Assembly: GCF_000186885.1 (NCBI RefSeq)
Contig: NC_014972.1
Location: 1,500,001-1,532,000, forward strand
Source of the DNA: Desulfobulbus propionicus DSM 2032
GTDB taxonomy: Bacteria > Desulfobacterota > Desulfobulbia > Desulfobulbales > Desulfobulbaceae
DNA length: 32,000 nucleotides
Direction: 5' to 3'
Position 1 is the first letter of the stretch. Each line of letters begins with the position of its first letter. Position numbers and translations under genes: made by a program. The notes beneath the pieces were generated by a model, which was not told the origin of the DNA, ran no database searches, and saw only the letters and a program-made list of their open reading frames with translations. Below are positions 10,878 through 19,424 of the stretch, one piece after another.

Positions 10878-11660
10878 ATGAAAGCACTAGGCAGTCGGAG
10901 GGAGGAGAATGCAATGAACTGGCAAGCGATTGTGCTCGTGACAATGGGTCTGATGCTAACGGTGCATGATGCCTGGGCTGACAAGGACAGGGAGGAGAAG
11001 ATGCGAACAGCACGAAAACGGATGGTACAGGAAATCGAGGTGGATGTGATGGAAACCTCGAGGTACATCGGTCGTGGTCAACTCAGCGCGGAAGTCATGC
11101 GGGTGATGGAGGAAGTGCCCCGGCATGAATTTGTCCCGTCGTATGAGCAGGGGGCGGCGTATCTCAACCGTCCGTTGCCGATCGGCTATGGACAGACCAT
11201 TTCTCAGCCCTACATTGTGGCGCTGATGACCGATCTGCTGGCTGTTTCCAAGGAGGGCAAAATTCTTGAGGTGGGAGCAGGTTCAGGCTACCAGGCCGCA
11301 GTGTTGTCCCGCTTGGTCAACGAAGTGCATTCAATTGAAATCATTCCGGAGTTGGCCAAGGAATGCCGGGAACGGCTGGCGCGCTTGGGCTACGCCAACG
11401 TCACCATCCACCAAGGCGATGGATACTACGGACTGCAAAGTGAAGCCCCATTCGATGCCATCGTGGTCACCGCCGCCGCCACTTCCATCCCGCCGCCCCT
11501 GGTCCAGCAGTTGAAACCGGGCGGCCGCCTGGTCATCCCGGTGGGCACGCCGTTTGCCGTGCAGCATCTGATGCTGGTTGAAAAGAATGAACAGGGAGAG
11601 ATTGCCATGCGTCAGGTACTACCCGTGCAGTTCGTGCCGCTGACCGGAAAGCGTGAGTGA
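10878..11660 (+). CDS. pcm: Protein-L-isoaspartate O-methyltransferase with an N-terminal signal/anchor sequence
   Basis: PCMT motifs present: VPRHEFVP, GYGQTISQPYIVALMTDLL, the SAM site ILEVGAGSGYQAAVLS, and DAIVVTAAA. The alternative start MNWQ at 10914 gives a signal-like MNWQAIVLVTMGLMLTVHDAWA. Confidence 0.9.
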   Translation: MKALGSRREENAMNWQAIVLVTMGLMLTVHDAWADKDREEKMRTARKRMVQEIEVDVMETSRYIGRGQLSAEVMRVMEEVPRHEFVPSYEQGAAYLNRPLPIGYGQTISQPYIVALMTDLLAVSKEGKILEVGAGSGYQAAVLSRLVNEVHSIEIIPELAKECRERLARLGYANVTIHQGDGYYGLQSEAPFDAIVVTAAATSIPPPLVQQLKPGGRLVIPVGTPFAVQHLMLVEKNEQGEIAMRQVLPVQFVPLTGKRE

Positions 11661-14110
11661 ACCGGTGCACGATGCCCGCCATCGACCGCCGCCTGCCCGT
11701 GGCCGTGGCGCTGATATCCAGTGCCTCGTTTGGCTATGAACTGTTGCTTTTTCGTTTTTTTTCGATCATGTACTGGGGGCATTTCGCCCACCTGATCATC
11801 AGCATGGCGCTGCTCGGCTTTGGGGTTTCGGGCACCGTGCTGACCCTCGCCCAGCAGCGATTGCTCCCCTCTTTCCCCCGCGCTTTCTCTCTGCATGCGC
11901 TCCTCTTTGCCCTTGCGCTGTTGGCGGCAACCTCGCTGGCCAATCGGCTCGGTTTCAACCCGCCCGAGGTCATCTGGCACAGCGGCCAGCTGGGGCGGCT
12001 AACCACGGTCATTGCTGTTGCGATTGGCCCCTTTTTTTGCGCCGGTCTCTGCATTGGTTTGGCCCTCCGCTGGAAAAGCGCGGCAACGGCACGGCTCTAT
12101 CGAGCGGATCTGATTGGAGCCGCCAGCGGGGCTCTGCTGATCATGGCCCTGCTGTTCGTTCTGCGGCCACACGACGGTGTGCGAATCCTTGCCTTGATCG
12201 GTGTGGTGGCCGCAGTGCTTGTTGGCGGTTTTCGCAGCTCCGGCCTTGATCGGATTGTGCTGACCGTTGTTGTCCTGCTGATCGGATTGTGGCCGGCCCG
12301 ATGGCTCGCGCCGGTGATGTCTCCCTATAAAAGCATGGCGCAGACGCTGCTTGTCCCCGGTGTCCGCCTCGCGGCGGAAACGCATTCGCCTTTTGGCCAA
12401 TTCTCCGCCCTGACCTCGGATAAGGTACCCTTTCGATACGCGCCAGGATTAAGCCTGCTGGCCCCGGCTGCTCCCCCCAGCCAGGTGGCGCTCTTTCACG
12501 ATGGTCATGCGGCAGGCGTCATTCTGCACGCCCCGGCAGGCGCTGTCTCCCTGGAGTTTCTTCGCTGGACGCCAATGGCCTTGCCCTATGCACTGCTGAA
12601 ACAGCCTCGGGTGCTGATAGCCGGGGCCGGCGGCGGAGGGGATGTGTGGCAGGCGTTGCAGGAAAAGGCAGCGCGGGTGGATGCGGTCGAGCCGCATCGT
12701 GAATTCATCGAGTTGGTTGGCCGGTCGTTTGGCGCCTTTTCCGGAGGAATCTTTGCGCGGGAAAAGGTTCACGTCTTTTACGGTGATGTTCGAGGGCATC
12801 TGGCCGCATCCGGACCACCCTACGATCTCATCCAAATATCTCCCTTGGGAACCGTCGCGCCGCCAGCAGCAGGTGGTCATGCTTTGGAAGCGCGGTATCT
12901 CTATACGGTTGAGGGCGTGCGTCTTGCCTTGTCACGTCTTTCACCCGACGGGCTGCTGGCCGTCACTTTACCGCTTGAACTGCCGCCACGCAGCGCGGTG
13001 AAAATGACCGCCACCATGGCGGCCGCCTTGAAACAGCTTGATGCAAACGTGGACCCATCTCGGCATGTGATGATCATCCGCAGCTGGAACACCGTCACCC
13101 TTGTTGTTTCTCCCGCTCCTCTTTCAGCCCAACGGTTGGCGGTTGTTCGTTCCTTTTGCCGGTGCCGCGCCTTTGATATCGATTGGCTGCCGGATATCGG
13201 CCCGGAAGAGGTCAATCGGATCAATGTCCTTGATCGTCCCTATCTGTACCACGCTGTTCTGGATATCTGGCGGGACGGGTCTGCGTCGCGGTTGCCGGTT
13301 TTCAATCTGGTTCCGGCAACCGATGATCGCCCATGGTTCAGTCATTTTTTCCGCTGGAGTTCCTTTGGGCAGCTTTGGGAACAGCGCGCATTCGGAACAG
13401 CCTCCATGGTTGAATGGGAATATTTGCTGCTATGGATATCCTTGGCTGTTGCCCTGGCCATCAGTCTGCTGGCGATCATCTGGCCTCTCCGGCCGCTGCG
13501 TCATGCGCGGATCGGTCATACAGGCGGTTCAGTGACCCCCCTGTTTCGCGCCTTGTATTTCGCCGCTCTGGGATTGGCATTTTTCTTTCTTGAAATCGCC
13601 TTCATGCAGCAATTCATCCGTTTCTTGAGCCATCCGGTACTGGCCATGGCCATTGTGGTGCCGTCCTTCCTTGTGTTTGCGGGATGCGGCAGCGGCCTTG
13701 CGCAACCATTTGCCGATCGTGTGGCCGCCTGCCGCTGGACGTGGATTCGGGATCGACCCTCGATGGTGGCGATTGTTATTCTTGTCGCTGTTGCCCTTGC
13801 CTATAGATGGCTTTTACCGCTTTTTTTCCATATCGGCGCCTCCTGGCCGGACATGCTCCGCTTGCTGGCCACCATGCTGTTGATCGGCGGCCTCGCTTTT
13901 TGGATGGGCATGCCCTTTCCTTTGGGGCTCACTCGGCTGGGGCGGCATCATCCCGACTTCATTCCCGTAGCCTGGGGAGTGAATGGATTCTTTTCGGTTA
14001 TCAGCGCCATTGCTGCCACCATCCTCGCACTGTATGCTGGATTTCAGGTGGTTGTTGTTGCCGCTTTGGCCTTTTATTTTCTGGCAACCGTATGCGAGCA
14101 GCACTTGTAA
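11657..14110 (+). CDS. Polytopic membrane protein with a central spermidine-synthase-like SAM-fold domain (fused membrane/polyamine aminopropyltransferase family)
   Basis: 817 aa. About 7 N-terminal TM helices, then a Rossmann-type motif VLIAGAGGGGDVWQAL...VDAVEPHREFIELV...YDLIQIS, then more C-terminal TM helices. GTG start overlaps the pcm stop (GTGA); an alternative ATG lies at 11672. Confidence 0.6.
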   Translation: MNRCTMPAIDRRLPVAVALISSASFGYELLLFRFFSIMYWGHFAHLIISMALLGFGVSGTVLTLAQQRLLPSFPRAFSLHALLFALALLAATSLANRLGFNPPEVIWHSGQLGRLTTVIAVAIGPFFCAGLCIGLALRWKSAATARLYRADLIGAASGALLIMALLFVLRPHDGVRILALIGVVAAVLVGGFRSSGLDRIVLTVVVLLIGLWPARWLAPVMSPYKSMAQTLLVPGVRLAAETHSPFGQFSALTSDKVPFRYAPGLSLLAPAAPPSQVALFHDGHAAGVILHAPAGAVSLEFLRWTPMALPYALLKQPRVLIAGAGGGGDVWQALQEKAARVDAVEPHREFIELVGRSFGAFSGGIFAREKVHVFYGDVRGHLAASGPPYDLIQISPLGTVAPPAAGGHALEARYLYTVEGVRLALSRLSPDGLLAVTLPLELPPRSAVKMTATMAAALKQLDANVDPSRHVMIIRSWNTVTLVVSPAPLSAQRLAVVRSFCRCRAFDIDWLPDIGPEEVNRINVLDRPYLYHAVLDIWRDGSASRLPVFNLVPATDDRPWFSHFFRWSSFGQLWEQRAFGTASMVEWEYLLLWISLAVALAISLLAIIWPLRPLRHARIGHTGGSVTPLFRALYFAALGLAFFFLEIAFMQQFIRFLSHPVLAMAIVVPSFLVFAGCGSGLAQPFADRVAACRWTWIRDRPSMVAIVILVAVALAYRWLLPLFFHIGASWPDMLRLLATMLLIGGLAFWMGMPFPLGLTRLGRHHPDFIPVAWGVNGFFSVISAIAATILALYAGFQVVVVAALAFYFLATVCEQHL

Positions 14111-14360
14111 AATTATCCTTGTATTTCGGGAAAGTGCCTCCGAGCAGCACGGCAAGATACCGATCACGGCGCGTTGGGATTGACAGGGAGCAGTTCTTGA
14201 TCTTCATGCAGCCGCTCATGATAGAGCCTGTCTTGGAAGGATATTCAGAGAGCTGAAAGCAAAGATCTTGCCCCCAACTCCACTAAAGCACCGGAGGGCT
14301 GTTTTGCCGCCTTTGAGCCTTGCCTTTGTGCTGTTTAAAATGTGGAGTGAAGAAAGTCGC

Positions 14361-14388
14361 TTGACAAAGGATTCGAGATATTATAAAT
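14361..14388 (+). promoter_or_regulatory. Sigma70-like promoter for tRNA-Glu
   Basis: TTGACA at 14361-14366. TATAAA/ATAAAT at 14382-14388 gives a 15-16 nt spacer. The promoter ends about 20 nt upstream of the mature tRNA 5' end. Confidence 0.5.
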
Positions 14389-14408
14389 GAGGCACACGAA
14401 AAATGACT

Positions 14409-14484
14409 GGCCCCATCGTCTAGTGGCCTAGGACATCGGCCTCTCACGCCGGTAACAGGGGTTCGAGTCCCCTTGGGGTCACCA
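14409..14484 (+). tRNA. tRNA-Glu, anticodon CUC, CCA encoded
   Basis: Hand-folded cloverleaf: acceptor GGCCCCA/TGGGGTC, D-stem GTCT/GGAC, anticodon stem TCGGC/GCCGG with loop CTCTCAC, T-arm AGGGG-TTCGAGT-CCCCT, discriminator A, then CCA. 76 nt. Confidence 0.9.
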
Positions 14485-14486
14485 AG
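14438..14486. repeat. attL: 49-bp direct repeat (3' half of tRNA-Glu), identical to 25377-25425
   Basis: GGCCTCTCACGCCGGTAACAGGGGTTCGAGTCCCCTTGGGGTCACCAAG occurs identically at both coordinates. The flanking bases differ on both sides. Confidence 0.9.
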
Positions 14487-14510
14487 AATATCAGCTAGTT
14501 AGCTAGTCTG

Positions 14511-15584
14511 TTATACTCCGAGAGCTTGGTGATGTACTTTTGATGTACTTTTTGTCTCGGAATCCTTTAAACCGGGGAGTGCGGCCAGCACTTCCCGGTT
14601 TTCTTTTTTCAGCCGGTGAATATACCGCTGAGTGGTAGCCAAGCTGGTGTGGCGGAGCATGTATTGAATCTCGACCAAAGGCACATTCTGTGCCGCCAGG
14701 ATCGAGGCGAACAGGTGCCGGATGCCATGGAACCCAAAAGGTTTGACCCCCGCTTTCTTGCATAACCGTTTCAACCAGTGCTGGCGGTACTGATAGGAAA
14801 GTTTCTGTTCTCTGATAAAGACATGCTCTTTGATGTCGCAGCTTTTCTTTCTGTGCCGCAACAACCATTCAACAAGATCGTCTTTGACGCTCAACCACTG
14901 TGAGCGCCATTCCCCGACCTTGTTCTTTCTCCAACTCAGCCTTATTCGCTTGCGGAAAAAATCCACATCAGCCCAAGTGAGACGAAAGAGCTCGTCCCGG
15001 CGGGCTCCGGTCTGCAAGTAGCAGTAAAGCATCAGCTTGTCTTGATCGTCCTCGATGATGTGAAAGATCTTCCAAAAATCATCAAGCGTTGGAACGTATC
15101 TTTCAACCCGCTCCGAGGCGAATTTTTCCACCTTGGAAAACGGGTTGTCGATGGGGAGGTCAAGAAACTTCACTCCCCAGGACCAAGCCGCCGACAAGTT
15201 TTTCCTGTCTTTGTTGGCCGCGTTCCCGGATCGGCTGACAGATTGCCTTTGCAAAGCCTTTTGGACCTGCAGGGCAGTCAATCGATTAGCCGATTCTTTC
15301 GGGTTAATGCCAGGACAGGCAAAGAGTTGCCGAAAAGCTATTCGTTTTTCGTCAAACGTCTTGCCGGTAAAATTCTGCTCTGCATGCCGCAGGTATTCCG
15401 TGGCCCAATCAAGCAAGCAGACCGTAAGGGTCTTTTGTTCCGCTGGTTCGGTTGGCCTTTCGGCTTCCCACAGAAGCGCATCCTTCTTGGTTGCGAAGCA
15501 CTTCCGTTCCTTCTTGTTCCCGTTGAATCGTTGACCCATCCACGGAAATCTGTCCTTGTTTTTGTTCGGGTTTTTGTACGCCAT
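14511..15584 (-). CDS. Tyrosine-type site-specific integrase
   Basis: 357 aa. Catalytic residues are in context: TGARRDELFRLTWADV (Arg), HGIRHLFAS (HxxR), LRHTSLATTQRYIH (His/Tyr). Adjacent to attL. Confidence 0.9.
   Translation of the reverse strand: MAYKNPNKNKDRFPWMGQRFNGNKKERKCFATKKDALLWEAERPTEPAEQKTLTVCLLDWATEYLRHAEQNFTGKTFDEKRIAFRQLFACPGINPKESANRLTALQVQKALQRQSVSRSGNAANKDRKNLSAAWSWGVKFLDLPIDNPFSKVEKFASERVERYVPTLDDFWKIFHIIEDDQDKLMLYCYLQTGARRDELFRLTWADVDFFRKRIRLSWRKNKVGEWRSQWLSVKDDLVEWLLRHRKKSCDIKEHVFIREQKLSYQYRQHWLKRLCKKAGVKPFGFHGIRHLFASILAAQNVPLVEIQYMLRHTSLATTQRYIHRLKKENREVLAALPGLKDSETKSTSKVHHQALGV
14530..14552. repeat. Tandem 11-bp repeat (TGATGTACTTTTGATGTACTTTT), candidate integrase arm-type site; an identical copy lies at 25266-25288
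   Basis: An exact 23-bp match near both island ends, in the same orientation: 44 bp inside attL and 89 bp inside attR. Confidence 0.55.
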
Positions 15585-15732
15585 AATTCATAACCTCGTT
15601 GCGTGGAAATCTCCAAGAACGTGGCCCCAGGCGCACCCCTCCAAGCCTTTCGAGACCATACCGCTGGAGAACCCTTTTCTCAACGCGGAAGTATTCACAA
15701 ACTTCCTGTAACGTCATCATTTCGGGAAGCAT
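15409..15732 (-). CDS. Excisionase / AlpA-like helix-turn-helix DNA-binding protein (3' end uncertain)
   Basis: N-terminus MMTLQEVCEYFRVEKRVLQRYGLERLGGVRLGPRSWRFPRNEV fits the HTH_17/excisionase pattern. The ORF reads 176 nt into the integrase gene in another frame. Confidence 0.6.
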   Translation of the reverse strand: MLPEMMTLQEVCEYFRVEKRVLQRYGLERLGGVRLGPRSWRFPRNEVMNYGVQKPEQKQGQISVDGSTIQREQEGTEVLRNQEGCASVGSRKANRTSGTKDPYGLLA

Positions 15733-15769
15733 TTTTTATAACCGTGAAAATTTATGACCATTTTTATAA

Positions 15770-15937
15770 CTAAAACACCGGCAACCGCATTTGCCGATTA
15801 GCGGCGGGTTGTTTTTCTTCACGGACGGCGGCTTTGATCCGGCGGGCACGTTCGGCAATGGCGGGCATGTACTCAGCCCCGAGGGCCTTGTTGCCCATCA
15901 GGCCCCGCCGGGGTGTGGTGAAGATCGAAGATTTCAT
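15770..15937 (-). CDS. Hypothetical 55-aa basic protein (not in the ORF track)
   Basis: Own translation: MKSSIFTTPRRGLMGNKALGAEYMPAIAERARRIKAAVREEKQPAANRQMRLPVF. ATG lies 2 nt after the Rep stop on the same strand. There is no homology argument. Confidence 0.25.
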   Translation of the reverse strand: MKSSIFTTPRRGLMGNKALGAEYMPAIAERARRIKAAVREEKQPAANRQMRLPVF

Positions 15938-15939
15938 AC

Positions 15940-17442
15940 CTACCCGGCAAGCGTTAGCCTGAACTCGTTTCTCTTGGTGATCATCTTTTCTCGGAAGGCT
16001 GCTTCATCCTCGAAAAAGGCGTGCAGGTCCTCCTCAATAATGTCCTTGCAGAGATACACTATCTTGTCGATGTCATCGGGCTCCACTTCCAGGGAGGCGC
16101 AGACCGACATCAGGATTCCCCGCGCCTGCTTGCGGAGCATGACGATATCCTTGTGCTTGACCGCATGGGTGCGGATGTAGCCGAATACCCCGGTCCACAC
16201 CACGGCCTGCACCTTCTGCCAGAACTCTGAGACCTTGGCCTTGGTCTGGTTGTGATTGCGGTTGACCGGGCTTTCGGTGTGCCGGGTCCATTCGGTGGTC
16301 AGATAGGCCCAGAGACTTTTTAGGGAGTTGACTAAATCGCAGACCGTGTTGATCCTGTTGCCTTCCCGATCTGAGAACTCACGGAGCTTGGGTCGGCGGA
16401 GTTGGTATTCAATCCGGGTTACGGGCTGTTCGTCGTAGGTGTTAACGCCCCATATTTCGGCAAAGACCTGCTGCTTGTTGGTGGCTCGTTTTCTCTTCAA
16501 TTCCAGAACCTTGTCATAGCCACGAAACATCATGCCGTCGCTGCCAATGGTGATGCCAGAAAACTTGCGGTTGGAGTAATGGCGGTTAAATTCCAGTTCT
16601 TCAGGGTCAGGCTCTCGTTTTGTGACTTTGAGACCTCCATATTCATCTTCGTCACGGGCCAAGGCGATCCAATGGCAACGATTTTCCAGGTCTGTGGTTT
16701 TGATATCGACACCGACGAAGTCAGCGGCGAGATGTACTTCGGACACCCGTTCCTTGACCACCTTGCCGCCGTAGCAGGCGAGGAAGGTTTTCACCCGGTC
16801 GTAGATGGCGAAGAAGCCCGGCGACCAGCAGGACAGGGAGCCGATTTCCAAACGGCAGTTGGGGATTTCACCGTTTGCTTTCCTGCGGTTGAACATCAGG
16901 GTGATGTCGCCGGAACGGAGGCGGAAGGTATACATCTTGGCCCCGGTGCGGTAGAGATTCCAGTCAAAGCCGTTTTCCTTGATCACCGGGATAGAGTCCT
17001 TTTCCGTATCCTGGACCTGCTTTTTCATCGACTCGAGAATCCCGAGGAAATTGTTGATGAGCGGATTCCATTCAATCCAGAAAGACACCTTCAAAAAGTC
17101 GAGTCCGCGAAACGGCGAGTCCCGTACTACTGGCAAACCACTTGTTAATCGGGCTTGTGGTTCGGGGCCGGCGGGCTGTTCCGGGGTGGTGCGCACCCGG
17201 ACCGGTCCGGGGCCAAGGGGCGGCGGCTCGGTGGGGCGTACCCGGATCGGCGCGGCGTTGCGATGGACAAAGAACGGATAGCGATGGTTGTAACGGTAAT
17301 CCTCCAGGGGGATTTCCTGGAGATAGTCGGGCTCGGGTGCCCTGAAGGTGGGAATGTTGGTAAGATCGACCGTCTTGCCCTGGAGCACGGCGCGGAGCTT
17401 TTGCGAAAGGGGGTCCTTGGATGGGCGGCGAGAATAATACAT
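15940..17442 (-). CDS. Rolling-circle replication initiator (Rep_trans / RstA / gpII-like)
   Basis: 500 aa. Motifs match my recollection of the replication-initiation-factor family: LDFLKVSFWIEW, VSEVHLAADFVGVD, FSGITIGSDGMMFRGYDKVLELKRK, VTRIEYQLRRPKL. It also has a roughly 115-aa Pro-rich N-terminal extension. Confidence 0.7.
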   Translation of the reverse strand: MYYSRRPSKDPLSQKLRAVLQGKTVDLTNIPTFRAPEPDYLQEIPLEDYRYNHRYPFFVHRNAAPIRVRPTEPPPLGPGPVRVRTTPEQPAGPEPQARLTSGLPVVRDSPFRGLDFLKVSFWIEWNPLINNFLGILESMKKQVQDTEKDSIPVIKENGFDWNLYRTGAKMYTFRLRSGDITLMFNRRKANGEIPNCRLEIGSLSCWSPGFFAIYDRVKTFLACYGGKVVKERVSEVHLAADFVGVDIKTTDLENRCHWIALARDEDEYGGLKVTKREPDPEELEFNRHYSNRKFSGITIGSDGMMFRGYDKVLELKRKRATNKQQVFAEIWGVNTYDEQPVTRIEYQLRRPKLREFSDREGNRINTVCDLVNSLKSLWAYLTTEWTRHTESPVNRNHNQTKAKVSEFWQKVQAVVWTGVFGYIRTHAVKHKDIVMLRKQARGILMSVCASLEVEPDDIDKIVYLCKDIIEEDLHAFFEDEAAFREKMITKRNEFRLTLAG

Positions 17443-17454
17443 GATTGTGCTCCT

Positions 17455-17859
17455 TTAATAGGTGAAGTACCCACGACCATTGCATGTAAGACAACTTCCT
17501 TCGTCTCCACCATCATAGGTGCAAATACCAGTGCCATCGCAGCATGGACAAGTCTCCCTTTGCTTGGCATGATTGTGGTCAATTTGTCGGTAATATGCAG
17601 GCGAATGGGGAGAAGGTTGGTTAACCCAGTGACCATTAACGAAATCTATTTTGCCCTGGTAGATGTCATCGTTCTTCTCTGCCCAGCATAGATATCCAGG
17701 ACAATCAGTAGTCAGAGAACCTTCTAAAAGGCCGCAAACTCGGCAGACAGCAAGCCCGCCGTCGCAGATGGGACAAGTACCCGGTTCGAGGCAATTCGTA
17801 TGCTCTATGAATATATGCTTCATGTTTCCATCCTTCTTCTCTAATTGGTGCATGGTCAT
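17455..17859 (-). CDS. Cys-rich zinc-finger protein with DnaJ-type CxxCxGxG repeats; function unknown
   Basis: 134 aa, possibly starting at M13 (17823). Contains CPICDGGLAVCRVCG and CPCCDGTGICTYDGGDEGSCLTCNGRGY. Ends 12 nt upstream of the Rep start. Confidence 0.55.
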   Translation of the reverse strand: MTMHQLEKKDGNMKHIFIEHTNCLEPGTCPICDGGLAVCRVCGLLEGSLTTDCPGYLCWAEKNDDIYQGKIDFVNGHWVNQPSPHSPAYYRQIDHNHAKQRETCPCCDGTGICTYDGGDEGSCLTCNGRGYFTY

Positions 17860-17983
17860 TCCTATCGAATCAGTTCATTGCAAAAAACTAACGCGCTATC
17901 GCTTGTTTCCTTCACAAGGTTCCTTCAAAAGTCGGGAAACTGCCCCCGACTTTCAAAGCGAACCTTATGAAGGCAAGAAATAA

Positions 17984-18364
17984 TTACTTGGATAGGGAAA
18001 GGTCTGATGATTCATCAGCGCACCGGCACGAATAATGATTTTCAAATGGCTGGAAGTCCTGACCAATGCAGGAAAAACGGAGCATCTTGCCGCGATCCTG
18101 GCAGGACCTTTCGCAAATGGAGAGATATTCACGACACGATTTAGATTCACGGACCCGTTCCTTGGCACTGTAATGGCGAGCATAGGGGAATTCTCCGGGC
18201 ATCACCGGGGAGTCAGAAGGCTTTGGATCAGGGGACGGAGAAGAAGGCGAAGTCTGTTGAGGCGGAGAAGGTAACCGGTCATAAGACACAGTACTTTTGC
18301 AAAACCCTTGATTAGTGGAGAAAATGAAAAAAACGGTAGCCGCATAAACACATGGTGATTTCAT
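17984..18364 (-). CDS. Small exported or membrane-anchored Cys-rich protein (126 aa)
   Basis: Start at MKSPCVYAATVFFIFSTNQGF (hydrophobic N-terminus) with GAGG 8 nt upstream. A Pro/Ser linker (PSPPQQTSPSSPSPDPKPSDSP) is followed by a C-terminal domain with 6-7 Cys. The gene starts 7 nt after the Zot stop. Confidence 0.55.
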   Translation of the reverse strand: MKSPCVYAATVFFIFSTNQGFCKSTVSYDRLPSPPQQTSPSSPSPDPKPSDSPVMPGEFPYARHYSAKERVRESKSCREYLSICERSCQDRGKMLRFSCIGQDFQPFENHYSCRCADESSDLSLSK

Positions 18365-18371
18365 AGGAACC

Positions 18372-19178
18372 TCAATAATAGGAGATAACGGTGCCTGGAG
18401 CGAGGCGGGGGCGAAACATCGGAAAAACGATTGACCGAGAATCGGAGGAACCTGTTTGCCGGGAAACGTTGCGTTGATGTTCCAATGGTGGCGGCACGGC
18501 GGAAAAACTGAACATTTCGAACGAATCGTACAGATCAGCAATTTTTTTGTTCAAGGGCTGGACCCACGTTTTCGCTTTCATTGCCTTGCTACCGCCCATG
18601 TTCGCATATTGGCGAATAGCGAGAAAACAAGGGTATGGACTCATTTTGATCGATATGAACGGGATAGGAAGTTTGACGCGAGTGAAATTGCGGAAGAAGG
18701 TTTCATACTCGACAAGAAAACGAATCTGCTTGTCTATCATCTCGATATTGTGAGCAATCAAGATGAAGTCGAGCTTCATTTTGCGGTGCTGGGTGAAGAT
18801 TTCCAAAAAATCAGAGTTCTTGCCCCAATTGCGCGAATTGAAATAGAATTGGCATTCATCGAGAATAACGAGGGCTTTGCCCTCTCGTTGTTCACGAAAT
18901 TTTCCCCGAACAAGGCCAGGTGTAACCGCAGAAAGCTGATAAATCGAATCAACGGAACCAAGGAAGAAACAACGGCTGGTTACATCATCAATAAATTCTT
19001 GCCTGGTTTTTCGGCCGATTTTAATTTGTATGGAACGATCCGCAAGACGTTCGGCCCAATCCGATACCAACCGAAAATTGGTGGCCAATACTCCACCGTC
19101 AAGCAAGTGCATAATGCCATCAAAAAGGGCGGTACAGGACTTGCCGGAACCCGGAACACCGCAATAAAGATCAATCAT
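18372..19178 (-). CDS. Zot / pI-like filamentous-phage assembly ATPase (short form, 268 aa)
   Basis: Start at MIDLYCGVPGSGKS (Walker A). Walker B is ALVILDECQ. The Zot-type N-terminal domain layout is present. ATGA overlap with the upstream pVI-like ORF (19175-19178). No obvious TM segment. Confidence 0.85.
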   Translation of the reverse strand: MIDLYCGVPGSGKSCTALFDGIMHLLDGGVLATNFRLVSDWAERLADRSIQIKIGRKTRQEFIDDVTSRCFFLGSVDSIYQLSAVTPGLVRGKFREQREGKALVILDECQFYFNSRNWGKNSDFLEIFTQHRKMKLDFILIAHNIEMIDKQIRFLVEYETFFRNFTRVKLPIPFISIKMSPYPCFLAIRQYANMGGSKAMKAKTWVQPLNKKIADLYDSFEMFSFSAVPPPLEHQRNVSRQTGSSDSRSIVFPMFRPRLAPGTVISYY

Positions 19179-19424
19179 TTTGCAATCCTCACAAACCGAA
19201 GAAGAGGACCGTATACGAAAGAAATGCCCATGTTCACAACAATGATGGAGACACAGAAAACAAAATGATCTACAGGAAAAATCCAATTAAGAGTGGGAAC
19301 TATCGGAAAACTTGACAAGACAGCAGAAGGAGCCGGAATAGTATAATCAGGTAACAATCCAGCAATAAAATCAATTATGCCAATTGCAATGTTTGCAATT
19401 AAATCAAGAATCCACCAAAATAAA

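Noticed and set aside
17140-17290. GC-rich, Pro-rich segment inside the Rep gene, considered as a possible separate insertion or repeat.
   Set aside because: It stays in frame as an N-terminal extension of Rep (…RVRPTEPPPLGPGPVRVRTTPEQPAGPEPQ…). No flanking repeats or boundaries are visible, so it is noted only as compositional mosaicism.
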